Below, one piece after another: positions 1-13,479 of a DNA stretch of 64,000 nucleotides (positions are counted from its first letter, which is position 1; every line of letters begins with the position of its first letter). The notes beneath the pieces were generated by a model that was not told the DNA's origin, searched no databases, and worked only from the letters and a program-made list of their open reading frames with translations. Source of the stretch: Octopus vulgaris (Eukaryota); NCBI GenBank assembly GCA_951406725.2, contig OX597816.1, positions 80,228,001 through 80,292,000 on the forward strand, in the 5' to 3' direction. Both the position numbers and the translations under genes were made by a program.

Positions 1-41
1 CATGAGAATACATACATAAGACAAAACCTAAAAATCTGTAC

Positions 42-166
42 GTATACATACATACATATATACATACATACATACATGCATGCATGCATACATACATACA
101 TACATACATACATACATACATACATACATACATACATACATACACACATACACACATATATACATA
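42..166. repeat. (CATA)n microsatellite
   Basis: Tandem CATA/TACA units with few interruptions. Confidence 0.95.
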
Positions 167-458
167 CTATTTTTGTCCTTCAGTGATTTTGCTGTATGTG
201 AAGAAAGATAGCGCACCGTCAACTACACTCCCTCGACCGTGACCGCCTTGAATCCAGTTGCTTAACCAGGTCAAAATGCCTGAGAATAGAGAAGTATGCT
301 GCAGAAGACCAATGATTGACCTCATTTTGATCTCTGCACACCACAATGCGTTGCTGCAGCTGCTTTCCTCTCGTTGGACCATGTAGATTACTAGATCTTC
401 TGTGATCCGAAGTTGTAGTAGCAGTCATTTACCCCAGGTATGGGGTATTTAGCATTTA

Positions 459-603
459 AGGCGTAGCTATGTGGTAACAAGTTTCGTGATGCCCAATTCG
501 GTTCCACTGCGTAGCAGCTTGGGCTCGTGTCTTCTATTATAGCATCGGACCGACCAAAATCTTTGTGCATGGATTTGGTCATGGGAAACTGAAAGAAGCC
601 CGT

Positions 604-606
<3 letters not shown>
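459..606 (+). mobile_element. SINE family A, 5' half (degenerate)
   Basis: Matches the head of the copies at 651 and 41216 (tgtggtaa...gaccaaa...ggatttggt...ggaaactgaaagaagcccgtcg), then (AT)n. Confidence 0.8.
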
Positions 607-650
<44 letters not shown>

Positions 651-653
<3 letters not shown>

Positions 654-782
654 TGTGTGGTAAGTAGCTTGCTTACGAAATGCATGGTTCCGGCACCTTG
701 GCTAAGTGCCTTCTACTATAGCCTCGGGCCGACCAAAGCTTTGTGAGGGGATTTGGTAGACGGAAACTGAAAGAAGCCCGTC

Positions 783-832
<50 letters not shown>

Positions 833-1020
833 GTGCGTGTGTGTTTGTGCGTGTGTGTTTGTCCGCTCACCATCGCTTAACAACCGAAGTTGGTGTGTTT
901 ATGTCCCTGTAACTTAGCGGTTCGGCAAACGAGACCGATCGAGTAAGTACCAGGTTTACAAAAAATAGTCCTGGGGTGCTCCAGCATGGCTGCAGTCAAA
1001 TGATTGAAGCAAATAAAAGA
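651..1020 (+). mobile_element. SINE family A (tRNA-derived head, internal microsatellite)
   Basis: ggctgtgtggtaagtagcttgcttac head, internal (AT)/(GT) tract, tail ...ccagcatggctgcagtcaaatgattgaa; homologous to 41216-41635, 45492-45869 and 60447-60795. Confidence 0.9.
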
Positions 1021-1033
1021 ATATAGTATATAT

Positions 1034-1085
<52 letters not shown>

Positions 1086-1269
1086 GTGTGCGTGTGTGTG
1101 TGTGTGCGTGTGTGTGTGCACGCGCGCGTCTGTGTGTCTTAGCGTAGTAAGCGAATGTTAGGCATACTCATGCTACACTTCCACAAATACTTAATACAGG
1201 CTAATTTGATTAAAGGGAAATAATCCGTGCCCAAGGGAAACAACTCTGTAATATACGTTTTGATCGTTC

Positions 1270-1588
1270 TCTCGCTGGCGGAATTATTGATGTGTTTCAA
1301 AATTATATCGCAGTATCATTTCAGCCCTTTATATGTTGAGTTCGAATCCCAACGACGTCAATTTCACCTTCCTTCTTATAGTCAGTAAAATAAAGTACTA
1401 ATCAAGGACTCGATTCGAAGTAATTGATTAGCCTCTCTCTTCAAAACAGACTGCCTGTGCTTGACTTGGAAATTATGCTAGCATCTACCTACCCATCATA
1501 TTTTGAATATTTGAAGCCGATTTCAATCGTCCATAATCTCGTGCGCTCCAATTCTGAGTTCAAATTCCGCCGCCTTCGACTTTGCCTT
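1270..1588 (+). mobile_element. Two degenerate SINE family B fragments
   Basis: gttgagttcgaatccc...aaataaagtact and ttctgagttcaaattccgcc...tcgactttgcctt motifs shared with other B copies. Confidence 0.6.
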
Positions 1589-1667
1589 ATTATTGTTGTT
1601 GTTGTTGTTGTTGTCGTCGTCGTTGTTGTTGTTGTTGTTGCTGCTGCTGCTGTTGTTGTTGTTGTTG

Positions 1668-1718
<51 letters not shown>

Positions 1719-1738
1719 GTAGTAGTAGTAGTAGTAGT
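1588..1738. repeat. Compound trinucleotide microsatellite (GTT/GTC/GCT/ATT/AGT)
   Basis: Directly visible. Confidence 0.95.
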
Positions 1739-2297
1739 GAGAGAGCAGTGCATGTCATCGAAGTGACACTGGGGTAAAATATACGAAGCCCAGTATACCC
1801 ATTATGACTACTCGTCAGATAAGGGTACGCTAGGCACATACATCACAACCATGGTGATCTCATATCAAGATAAACAGCGCATGACCTTGCAGGTGGGGCC
1901 CAGTTACAACTTTCTTCAGGTCGAGTAGCTCCCCCTGCACAAAAGGTCCCAGAATAAGGGTTGTGTTAGGATATTGAACATCCGTGTTTCCAAATGTGAA
2001 TTATCCAAACCCCAAAGAATTCTTAACACATGGCTGTGACGCTCCCCCTTTACTTCTGCTCGTGATCAGAGATGCACATATCGTCAGTCTCTAAGGGACA
2101 TGCTCAGCTGGTTAAGATCAAACAACTGACAAGCAAATCTGTGGTATTGAGCAGAATATTTGCTGTAGCCCATCTTTTAAACCAAAACAAAACAACGTAC
2201 ATTATAACATTTCCAATCAGTTAAGATGAGAAACCATAAGAGCCACTGCCTTGTACTATGTCAAGAATTTATTTATTTATTATCATTATTATTACTA

Positions 2298-4680
2298 TTC
2301 GATCTGACTCGGGTTTGTTCTTATTTCTGATAGAAATTATGTGGGTAGCGAATACTACTTGTAATCTTAGATATCCACACGATTTCAATAATTTTTCATG
2401 TGCTTAAAACATTTCTGATAATTTTCCCCAGTTCTAAGAGGCAAACCCTCTGTAGAAGCTCTACAGGATATTCCATTTAAATTTCCCTCAACCATTTGTC
2501 AATATCATTATTCACAGTTCCCAATACACCAATTATTACTACTCCAACCATTACAGTTTTCATATTTCAAATTTTTAGAAGTTCAAATTTTAAGGAATTG
2601 TTCTTTTATTTTTCATCGTCTTTCTTTACAATCCTGGAATCATAGGGACATGACTGATCAATTAGTAAGCAACTTAGTTTTTCCTTGTCTATTATTATGT
2701 CTGGTTAATTATTTTCTAGCTTCTTATCCGTTTGAATAGGGAAATCCCATAAAATCTTGCATTTCTTCGTCTCAAGAACTCTTTCAACTCGATGATCAAA
2801 CCAAGTAGTTACAGCTTCAAACCCCCCATTTCTGACAAAGCTTCCAGTGTAAAACTTTCACAACTTTGTCATGCCTTCATTTCTTTTATTTTTCCTGAGC
2901 TACCTCATTCTGCAACAATGTGTACCATTGCTTCATCCCAAATTCCACATACTCTACATATCGCTGGAACCTTCTTCCCTTACACATTTTTTCTGAAGTT
3001 GTTTGGTTTTAATACTTGATCTTGTGCAACTATAGCGTTCTCTGTTTCTTTTTTTAATTGCCCTTTTTTCAGCCAAGCCCAGATTTTCGTTCCGCATACA
3101 TCCTCAGTGGCTTCCCAAAACTGACAATGCAAATGTTTCTCTTCTATCTGTTTAACACGCTCTCTTTGAATTTCATTCTTGTCTTTTTCTCCTATTCCAA
3201 AACATGATCACCTGCTCCTTATTCACTGACTTTAGTAATTCCTCTGTGCTGTTCTGTAAATATATTAGTAGGGTTTTTCTTTCTATCTGTACATACTCTT
3301 CTACAACAATTAAGCTTTTTCACTGTGGTCTGTCTTCAAGTACAACATTCGAATGGTGAGCTCCATACATTGCCAACAACTTTCTAGTTTTTCTGTCAAG
3401 TTTCTGTATGTCTCTTGAGATCCAATTAATAATTCCAACTCCATACTTGGTTACGGTTACTGCTTTTGCATTTATTGTTTTAATATTTTTTTAAAATTCA
3501 ACTTTGACTGAAATATTTTTCTCACTCGTCTTGTATACTCCCTACTGGTAATTTGCTTCATTTCTTCATGTTTTATTTAATCTACCTCCAGTATTTCCAA
3601 ATACTTACACCACCGTCCTTTCTCAAATGATTTCATTGTTTGCCCATTTGGCATTTCAATTCCCTAGCTACCTTCAAATCTTCTTCCTTTCTCTATCAAT
3701 ATAACGCACTTTTCAATCCCAAATTCCATACCTACATCCTTTGATAAAATGTGATCCATAAAACTGAAATGACTTATCGAACCATATCATTTTCTCAAAT
3801 CAAAAGCTATTTTAACTTCTCGTAATATTAAACTGAGCAGTGACATATTCAATACAAGTATTAGAGATTATCTGTCACCTTGAAATATACCACGTCCGAT
3901 GTTCACTTTCTCAAGTCTTTGTTTTCTTCCTATCAATTCAGTATTTCAATTTTTCATACTTTCATTAACCATTTTCTCCATATTTTCTGCCACCCCAAAC
4001 ATGCTCATTGTTTTACCTATCCATCTGTGCGGTAATATGTCATATGCTTTTTTGTAATTTAACGATGCTACATTCATTTCCGTCCATCTGCATCTAAAGT
4101 TTCTAATTATCATTTTATCAACTAATAAATGGTCTTTTATTGCCCTACTTTGCTTCCTGTATACTTTCTGTTCTACTACTGCTTTCCAGATGATTATACA
4201 ACTTTTTCGCCAAGACACAGGTTGAAAGCTTCCACATAAATAAACACGTTATACCTATTTCTTTACTACCCACAAGGGGCTAAACACAGAGGGGACAAAC
4301 AAAGACAGACAGACGGATTAAGTCGATTACATCGACCCCAGTGCGTAACTGTACTTAATTTATCGACCCCGAAAGGATGAAAGGCAAAGTCGACCTCCGT
4401 AGAATTTGAACTCTGAACGAAACGGCAGACGAAATACGGCTACGCATTTCGCCCGGCATGCTAACGTTTCTGCCAGCTCGCCGCCTTTAAACACGTTATA
4501 CCAATCTATATTTCAAGGTGTCCTCGAGACATAACAGCATTCGCTCACTTATCACCCAGTCGGGACGTGATCATGCTGCAGGCAATTAGCCAGGTATGCA
4601 ACTATCCTTTCATGCAAATGTGTAAAATTCAGCCAATAACCTTGTGCTCCATCTGGGCCAGGTCCTTTCCAATTTGCTAT
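2298..4680 (-). mobile_element. Decayed R4/Dong-like non-LTR retrotransposon (RT, CCHC, RLE)
   Basis: Minus-strand peptides NWKGPGPDG (~4650), NYKKAYDILPHRWI, DVGMEFGIEKC, KYLGILE, WLKKGQLKKETE, ILWDFPIQTDKK..PDII..LLID; many stops and frameshifts; 3' end runs into (TAA)n. Confidence 0.85.
4256..4487 (-). mobile_element. SINE family B (long tail), nested in the LINE
   Basis: Full head to tail; 15-bp target-site duplication taaacacgttatacc at 4241-4255 and 4488-4502. Confidence 0.92.
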
Positions 4681-4726
4681 TTTTTGTTTGCTTGTTTGTT
4701 GGCTGGTTGTTGTCGTTACTCCTAAA

Positions 4727-4924
4727 GTGGTTAGCTGGCCGAATTGTTAGCCCGCCGGGCAGTATGCGTAGCGGCATTTCGTCCGCCTTTAAATTCTGAG
4801 TTCAAATTCCGCCGAGATCAACTTTACCTTTCATCTTTTCGGTACTAGCCGAGCACTGGAGTCAATGTAACTGACATAACTCCGTCCCCGAAATTACAAG
4901 CCTTGTGTCAAAACTTGAAACCAC
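4727..4924 (+). mobile_element. SINE family B (short tail)
   Basis: agctggccgaattgttagc...ttctgagttcaaattccgccgag...ccttgtgtcaaaacttgaaacc. Confidence 0.8.
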
Positions 4925-5147
4925 CACCACCGCCATCACTACTACTACTACTACTACTACTACTATTGCTAAATTTATTGTCTTGTACGTGCAAGTATGT
5001 TTGTGTGTGCGCGTGCGTTTTATGTATGTATGTGTATGTGTGTGAATTCTTTTAATTTTCTTTTACTTATTCCAGTCATTAGACTACGGCCATGCTGGGA
5101 TACCGTCTTATACACATGTGCATACGCACACACTTATTCGTACATGG

Positions 5148-5218
<71 letters not shown>

Positions 5219-5259
5219 CGTGTGCGTGCGCATGAACACGCATTACATACACAGGTCTA

Positions 5260-5356
5260 TGGCGTGTGATCTAGTGGCTGGAGTGTTGCTTTCACAATCA
5301 TACGGTTGTGAGTTCAATTTCTGCACCAGTCAACGCTGTCTGTCCCTGATCGAGGC
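5260..5356 (+). mobile_element. Degenerate tRNA-like SINE head
   Basis: A-box-like tgatctagtgg and B-box-like gagttcaatttc; resembles heads of families C and D. Confidence 0.45.
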
Positions 5357-6499
5357 CTATAATTTCATGTTGCTTTCGGCTCCTCAGAAGAAAATATGTA
5401 ACATTCAACTTCAAGCTGCTGAGTTGTAATCCATTCCAGTCTTTAGCTTTGACATACTCCGCTGGCTGAAGGAAACTTGGTCAAGGTGAAGTGTCTTTCT
5501 ACTGTCGACTATACAATTAACGAAATGGCAAGTTTAGTATTGCTATATTAGTAGTGATGTTTTGACAAAGTTATTAAAGATTTCTATAATTCTTTTTAAA
5601 TATATTCAAAACGTAGCTGCTCTGTAACTTAAATTTTATAGATCTTCGTTTCAGTACAAATTTGAGCCGCGGCGTGAGTGAATGCACCCAACTTTTAGTT
5701 ATCCAGGATAAATAATCCAGGTCGTAATTCTTTGTAAAGTTGTTGAATAAGTATTCACTTTAATTTTGAACACTTGTAGGAATCACTTCCTTGAATTTAT
5801 GATCATTCTGTTATCAAGATCACCAACTCTAGTCTTTTACTCGAATTCTAGATTTGTTTCAGAAGGAGGGCGTTTGATATCGAACTCGTTAAATTTTTAG
5901 GTTACTTTGTCTTCAATACTTCGATAGAAGTTGTTAACAACGATACTGCACTTCCATTAGAGTTATCCAGTAGCTCTTATATCAGGCTTGAAGGTATTGT
6001 GAATGCGTTTAGTTAATACCCTTAGAAGTGTTAAGCAGCTTGCATTTAGAATTTGATAGAAAATTATATTCGTGGTCCTTAAGATGCAACAAAGTAATCC
6101 ACACGGACTTCTAACCTCCACAAAGTGTGCCTTCGCTGCTGCGTTTATTTCGTTGTATGATGTTAGATAAGTGCCTGTTGCATGATGTAATGATCGCTTC
6201 ACGAATGTTATTTTAATATTTTTATTTTACAAGAAAGAATGTGTATTTTATTGATTGAAAGGTTTGTGTGTTTGTTCAAAGTGTTTAGAAAAGGGATGGT
6301 GTATTACCAGTGCCAAAATCTTACCTTACCATTTAACTACGTCGATCAAAATGTGCCTTCACAGCTGTGTTTATTTTGTATGATGCAGTTAGATAGAAGC
6401 CTGTTGCATGAAGTCTCGGTCGAGTCTCCTTCACTTGCTGAAAGTACTTACTGACATGGCTTCTGCTACTGGAAAGCGATATAACCTGGTCAACAATTC

Positions 6500-7650
6500 T
6501 GACACTTGTAACTGGAAGTAGAATGATTGCTTCACGTAGTATGATTATTTGAAAGGAAATAATCTAAGATGACATTTCTGTGCTTCTATTTACTTTGGCA
6601 AAAAGGTGTTGTCGTTGTTGTTACGAATAGTTTAGTGTTGATGCGTTAGGATTCACAACTGTAAAAGACATCAATGTAACCAAACTTTTCTTTGTAAACG
6701 ATCTAATTATCCACACTACAAATATATATAACGCTGGCGTTACTAATAACATTTGCAGTTGATATAGGGATCGATTTTGACCAAAAGAGATGTTCGTTTT
6801 TAATAGTTTGATACGTACACTGATTTCCAAATTCAAGACATTTGCATAAGCAGTCTTTCAGTGTAGCTCTATTGTTAAAATCAATGAGTAGTACAAACAC
6901 CTATATGCTGACAATTTTATCAAATAAAGGTGCTATGAATAAAGATAGATTAACCAAAGAATATTATATCAAAATTAAAGGGAAAACTATTGTAGTCGAA
7001 GCTTTCCTCTTATAAAATATTATCCAAAATGCATTTAGAGTAACAGTACGGTTACAAACATTTACTTCAAAGATATTAAAAGCTGCATGGTTCCTCTCCA
7101 GCAGGAAATTTTCTCAGAAACAGCAATATTGGAAGGCGCCACTCGAATGGGAGAGACGAGAAACATTCAATATTTCATAAAATGTTGTGAGTTAGTATAC
7201 TTCGTGTAAACTTTGGAATGATGCTAGCATTAAGTCTACCCTGGGGTGAATATTGCAAACCTTTGCTATACATATCAGCTCAAACAATATTGGTGAAACA
7301 TTCCTTGCAAAACTTTATGCAGCCGGAAATATAACGGGTCTAATATAATCGAGTAGGGGAGAAAAGAAATTTCATGTTACAGCCATAAAGTTAGCTGCTC
7401 TATAGGTATGAATATTTCTTCCAAAACCAATAAGAAAAAGAAAACTTATAGACAACTGTTTAGAAATCTAGAACTTCTCTTCCCAGATTATAAATTTACG
7501 TTTTTATCCGTAATTCTAGCTGCTGCACCCGGTTATGTTAGTAAACCCCTTAGAAGCTTGAACAGCTAGCGTATTTCAAGCACAGAAAATGACTAGCTAG
7601 CACGCACTTAGCGAATAAAATCTGTAAGCGGAACAAAAAAACTATGTAAG
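6500..7650 (+). mobile_element. Heavily decayed RLE-type non-LTR retrotransposon
   Basis: Plus-strand peptides VTKLFFVNDL (YxDD-like), DIGIDFDQKRCSFL, YW*NIPCKT..NII..VSCS..TYRQLFRNLELLFPDYKFTF. Confidence 0.65.
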
Positions 7651-7859
7651 ACGTATCTATGCAGTCAACGTGTAGCAATCATAGTTTTCCTTAGCCAAGT
7701 TCTAACGCTGGAGTTTTCTTAGAAAGATATTTTATTCACGGAAACAACACACATATTCACAGCCAGAGGTGACAAAAATTGTATGTGCGCGTGTAACCCA
7801 TATGAGTAAATATATATGCATATATGTGTGTAGTGTAGTTTTGTATGTATGTAGATCGG

Positions 7860-7891
<32 letters not shown>

Positions 7892-8292
7892 TATACATAC
7901 ACACGTACGTTCATACATACATTAATACAAACTCACTACACACAAAGACGCGCGCGCACACTCATACGCACGCACGCGCAAATATATATGGTTAGATTAG
8001 TAATTAAAGCTACACAAAAGCCATGTGAAATTCAGATACCCATATTTTTCTTGGTGGAATTTAAAATTCATTTCGTCATTTCTCAAGCTGGTAATGTCAA
8101 CATGCTGGGTTAGCAATTTCGAATGAAGTGAGGTTTAAAGGTGCACAGGCGGTTTGAAAACGACGGAGAAAGAGCAAAGATATAATTCACTGAACAGGAA
8201 ATAGAACCAGGCTCTTGGAGGAACCAGTACGGTAAGAAAACAGTGGAAAGAGTATTTAAGTGATAGGAGAATTTGAGATATAAATGCGTTAT

Positions 8293-8527
8293 CGTATTTC
8301 TTTATTGCCCACAGGGGGCTAAACATAGAGGGGACAAACAAGGACAGATAAAGGGATTAAGCCGTTTACATCGACCCCAGAACGTAACTGGTATTTAATT
8401 TATCGACCCCAAAAAGGATGAGAGGCAAAGTCGACCTCGGCGGAATTTGAACTCGGAACATAAAGACAGACGAAATACCGCTAGGCATTTCGCTCGGCGT
8501 ACTAACGTTTCTGCCAACCTGCCGCAT
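8293..8527 (-). mobile_element. SINE family B (long tail)
   Basis: Homologous to 4256-4487 along its length. Confidence 0.9.
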
Positions 8528-8919
8528 CGGTTTAGACGGTTGCGCACAGAAGTAGTGTATAAGCAAGTAGATTAAATCAATGTGTAAATCGTTGCAAATA
8601 TGATGGCACAGTATAATATATTCACTGATGGCTGCTCGAGAAAATCGCAATCAATGTGTAATGACTTGTGATTTAATCTCCAATAAAATATTCTTCGAAA
8701 AATTTGGACATAAAACAATATTGTACTCTTGATTTTTATACAGTCAGTGGAGGTTCGCAGATTCCCCAAAAGTGTAAGTTTTAAAGTGAGCTTGCAGAAA
8801 ATCTTTTTGATCCGTTCAAAAAGTAGTCTGGTCCACAAAAGAATCTTTCAGCTGATATTGTAATTGATGCCTGCATGTCTAGATTAATGCCGAGAGGGTT
8901 GTGGAATGTCTCTTCTTAG

Positions 8920-9143
8920 AAGGCGGCGAGCTGACAGAAACGTTAGCATGCATAGCCGTATTTCGTCTGCCGTTACGTTCTGAGTTCAAATTCCGCCGAG
9001 GTCGACTTTGCCTTTCATCCTTTCGGGGTCGATAAATTAAGTACCAGTTACGCATTGGGGTCGATATAATCGACTTAATACCTATGTCTGTCCTTGTTTG
9101 TCCGCTCTGTGTTTAGCCCCTTGTGGGTAGTAAAGAAATAGGT
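8920..9143 (+). mobile_element. SINE family B (long tail)
   Basis: aaggcggcgagctgacag...gtgggtagtaaagaaataggt; imperfect TSD atgtctc(t/c)tctt near 8906 and 9144. Confidence 0.9.
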
Positions 9144-9902
9144 ATGTCTCCTCTTGCAGCACCTAAAGGAAGAAAGATAGTTGTATCTCGATTTAAATTT
9201 TCTTTTCACGGATCCTTCTTAATGCCGGTGTTGTAGTTTACCGCTGCTTGTGCCTAATAATCTACGAAGGATAAATATACACATACAGGCGTATGTATAC
9301 GATATACTTAACTTTGTACATGATGTAATTCTGCTTAAATATGTAATGCTTAAATTTATAAGCAGTAACTGGGGTTTATAACATGACATGAGATAACTAA
9401 TGTAACAAATATTTTGAAACAAATAACAAGCAAATATATTGTCATATAGCAGGAATAGAAAAATCGTGGTTAAACGGTATTCGTTATTTATGAGAAAAAT
9501 AATGATTATCTATTGGTAAATTGTAACACTTTATAGCAAGTTAAAATAATATATACATACATGTCTACCTATATATAGACAAACAGATAGTCTTCGAATG
9601 TCGTGTAAGACTCACTCAGACAGCACATGCTAAAAGACAGAAAAAACAATAAATAGGTAAACCTAGTTCTGAAAAACGAAGAGAGCAACATCCTGCATTT
9701 GGCAGTAAGCTCCTGAGGAAACGTTCTCTTCTTTGACGACCTCCCATCCAACCCCAAGACAGCTGAACTAACTTTTCCTGGATGGGAAATGCTCACAAAA
9801 ATAAACAGAAAACATCTATGCATAGGCATGTTTTCCAAAGTAGGCCTGTAACAATAGCGTTTTTAAATGTTGGCATAAGGCCAGCAGTTTCAGGAGAGGA
9901 CG

Positions 9903-9905
9903 ACA

Positions 9906-9937
<32 letters not shown>

Positions 9938-10375
9938 CACACATACATACATAAACACACACACATACATACATACATACATACACACATACATACATTC
10001 ACACATACATACATACATACACACATACATACATACATACATACATACATACATACATACATACATACACACACATACATACATACATACACACATACAT
10101 ACATACATACATACAACATACATGCATACATACATGCATGCATACATACATACATACATACATACATACATACATACATACATACATACATACATACATA
10201 CACATACATACATACATACATACATACATGCATACATACATGCACACACATACATACATACATACATACACACATATATACATACATACATACATACAAC
10301 ATACATGCATACATACATGCATACATACATACATACATACATACATACATACATACATACATACATACATACATA
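9903..10375. repeat. Long (CATA)n/(CA)n microsatellite
   Basis: About 470 bp; source of several spurious ORFs. Confidence 0.95.
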
Positions 10376-10567
10376 GCTCACTCGATCAAATCGACGTTGT
10401 TTGAACAGGTGCACCGTGTGTCACGCGTCAGTTGTCGAAGTGACCGCAGAAAAACGTGAGATGAGGTGCTTTGCTCAAAAACACTACTCACTACCCGGTC
10501 TAGGAATTGAAACCACAATCTCGTGATCGTGAGTCCAACACCCTAACCACTAGGTCATGCGCCCTCA
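10376..10567 (-). mobile_element. tRNA-derived SINE family D
   Basis: Reverse complement gagggcgcatgacctagtggttagggtgttggactcacg...ggtttcaattcctagaccggg has A and B boxes; head related to family C, body different. Confidence 0.75.
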
Positions 10568-10575
10568 TACATACA

Positions 10576-10606
<31 letters not shown>

Positions 10607-11335
10607 GTATGTATTTACACACACACACACATATATAGATATAAATCATGAGTAAAAAGGATTAATACATTGGGACACACATACATGCACACACACACTC
10701 ACGTGTATATATTTTGCAAGAAATTTGGTTACTATTTCTAGCAGATATGAGAGCGCTTAGAGGCTTCCGCACAGGCTCAATCACATTATGAGATATGAGA
10801 AGATAATAAATGATGTTTTGAAATACCTTACAAAAGCTTACCGCAGATATAATAAAGAGATTTATTTATTTCGAAACTGGAAATTGTAAAATAAGAACAG
10901 AAAATAAACAAACTACATTTTTTTTTCTCAATGTTCAATTCTATTTTATAATCATATCCCTCATGTTTATCGTATTATAGTGACGATGGATCACGGCGAC
11001 CATGATGAGTTTCGTTATGATCATAAAGTCCATTACAATAATGATGGCAGCGCAATGTTGATGATGATGACGACGATAACTACGTTGACGACAATAATGA
11101 TGGCAGTGATGAACATGATGAGGATGATGATGAAATGAAATGAAAATGATCTCAATTATTATCTAACAATTAATAAACTTGATTAAGCTAGAGAGAAAGA
11201 GAAAGAAACAGCAGCCTAGAGAGACTGACAGACAGACAAAGGAAGCGAGAGGAAAAGTTAGAAAGAAAAAGCCAAGAATAAAATTTATAAATATGAGCGG
11301 TATTTGTGTCAGTACTGAAAGTAGGATTATATAGA

Positions 11336-11398
<63 letters not shown>

Positions 11399-11553
11399 GT
11401 GCGTGCGTGTGTGTAAACCTTTTAAAGAATAGTGAATCTCGAAGCATACGTAAAGCTATAAATGTGAAGATTTTGTGAAGATTTTAAGCTTTATTAATAT
11501 GATATACACACAAATACACATATTTATGTATGCATGTGTATATAAATTTCAAC

Positions 11554-11644
<91 letters not shown>

Positions 11645-12429
11645 ACACACACAGACAGTTGAAATTTATAGAAAAATAAAAGATAAAGACGGGTGTAGAA
11701 ACAGTAAACACGTGTATTGGTTTGACACCCAGGGAGAAAAGGAAGGAATAAGAGGAAATAGGGAGAGAGCGAAAAAGAAACGTGTAGAGTTCAGCGGTCC
11801 AACATGGCGAATGATTGAAAAAATAGATTCTGAATGAAAGGGAGAGAATAATGGTGGTGATAAGGTGGTGATACCAGCAAGTTAAGGTGCAAAAGCGTAT
11901 GTGTGTAAGTGTCTATGTGTGAATGGGAACGAGTAAGTTTGACGTGTGTGTCTGCGTGTGTAACGTGTGTGTGTGCTGCCTTCTGTGTAACAGTTGATGC
12001 CTGCTTTTTCACATGGTATGCACATGTGTGTGTGTGTGTTTGTGTGCCTGTGACCAAATAGTGTGCATGTGTATAGCATATGTATGTGGGTGGAAGTTAT
12101 CTTTGTCTGTGCGTGTTGTGAATGCATGTATATATAGCCTGTGTTAAGGTATTATGTGCTTGTGTGAGTGTAGTAGTATATATTGTCTGTGTTCAGGTAT
12201 TATCATCTTGTGTGGTGTGAGGTGTTTGTACTGAGTTAAGCAGTGTGTGTGTGGCTGCTCATATAGTGGTATGTGTGGCGACGCTATTGAAGAATGTATG
12301 TGGGTGTGTGGATGATAATGTGTGAGGTGGGTGCTGAGAAGTGGTTAGATCTAGTGTGTGTGGAATGGGAATATGTAGAGTGTGTGGGGGGAGGTGTAAT
12401 GGTGTGTGGAGTAAGCAGTGTGTATGAGT

Positions 12430-12790
12430 GTGTCAACAGGAAGAGGTCAAACGCCTACATCTACTTTGGGCAGGTTCCTCAGGCTTTTTGGGAGAATATT
12501 AAAAAGCTGTAGGTCCCTGAAACCCAGGCTGTTGCAGTAACTGGTCTTGAAGCGTGATGGCGTTTCTGGGATCTTTGATACGACGCAGTGTCGTCCCGTT
12601 CTGGCATTGGTGTAGCTTCCAATGCCAAAATTTGGCACAGTTCCTTCCAGGATCTTCCAGATGTATATTGCTCCACACCTCTTCTGCCTTTTCTCCAAGG
12701 AGTAGAGTCTTAGCTATTTCAGCCTTTCCCTGTAGCTGAGCAGTTGCAAAGAAACGATCTTTTCTGGATTGCTTCAAGATCCGCTGTTAA
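12430..12790 (-). mobile_element. CR1-like LINE 3' fragment
   Basis: LEAIQKR...YRERLK.LRLYSLEKRQKR..IYIWKILEGTVPNFGI...LFNILPKSLRNL C-terminal motifs. Confidence 0.75.
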
Positions 12791-12801
12791 ATTCGCTGTC
12801 A

Positions 12802-13479
12802 ATTTTCATTTGTCTTGCTTATTTTTACACTTTGGTTTTTTGCTGAATTTTTTTTTGAGAACATATTCTTCGTGGAAAATGGCGATTTTGACGTCTACAT
12901 CTAGCATACAGGCTGTCCACTTTTAGTGGTCAGTCCTCTAAATTTTCTATGTAAAAAAATTTTTAATCTTTGGATTTTTAAAAAAAATATGCTAGGCCAC
13001 TGGTTTTAATTGATTAATATCAATTTCTACCCTTATTTAATTTTAAATAAAAATGTTCTCTAGCCGGTAAATTCACTGCTGTAGTTTATTACCTGCAGAA
13101 TAATTTCCGATCTCAGCGCGCCAAGGTGAAGGCATTTGAAGATACACATAAATGTAATTTGTAGAACTTTATACATAATGGATTTCGTTCGAGCGTTCTG
13201 TATCTATTTTTGGAAATTGTGTTTTGTAAACGACAGGCTTTGCTGATGGTTTTGCAGATGTTTACGTATCCATATACGTAAATATTAACAAGTGAAACTA
13301 ATTAGTACATAGGTAATCGCTTTTTATTTCGTATATTTTCATTTGTCTTGCTTATTTTTACATTTTGTTTTTTGCTGAATTTTTTTCTTGAGAACACATT
13401 CTTCGTGGAAAATGGCGATTTTGACGTCTATATCTTGCATATAGACTGTCCACTTTTAGTGGTTGATCCTCTAAATTTT
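12802..13479 (+). mobile_element. Retrozyme-like / non-autonomous PLE unit with ~145-bp direct terminal repeats (period ~533 nt)
   Basis: 12802-12946 repeated at 13335-13479; interior homologous to the reverse complement of ~14620-14860; carries a hammerhead motif. Confidence 0.7.
13237..13313 (+). ncRNA. Degenerate type I hammerhead ribozyme
   Basis: gctttg CTGATGG ...tttacgtat/atacgtaaa hairpin... GAAA ctaattag TA catagg; palindromic stem III; A9 changed to G. Confidence 0.55.

Noticed and set aside
167-430. CR1-like RT remnant (ILTWLSNWIQG..VVDGALS)
   Set aside because: Only one short weak motif
2040-2098. CTGACGA...GAAG motif on the minus strand
   Set aside because: Lacks GAAA and an adjacent stem I
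9782-10459. 225-aa ORF and the many similar [12 protein letters not shown] ORFs
   Set aside because: Translations of microsatellites with no coding signal
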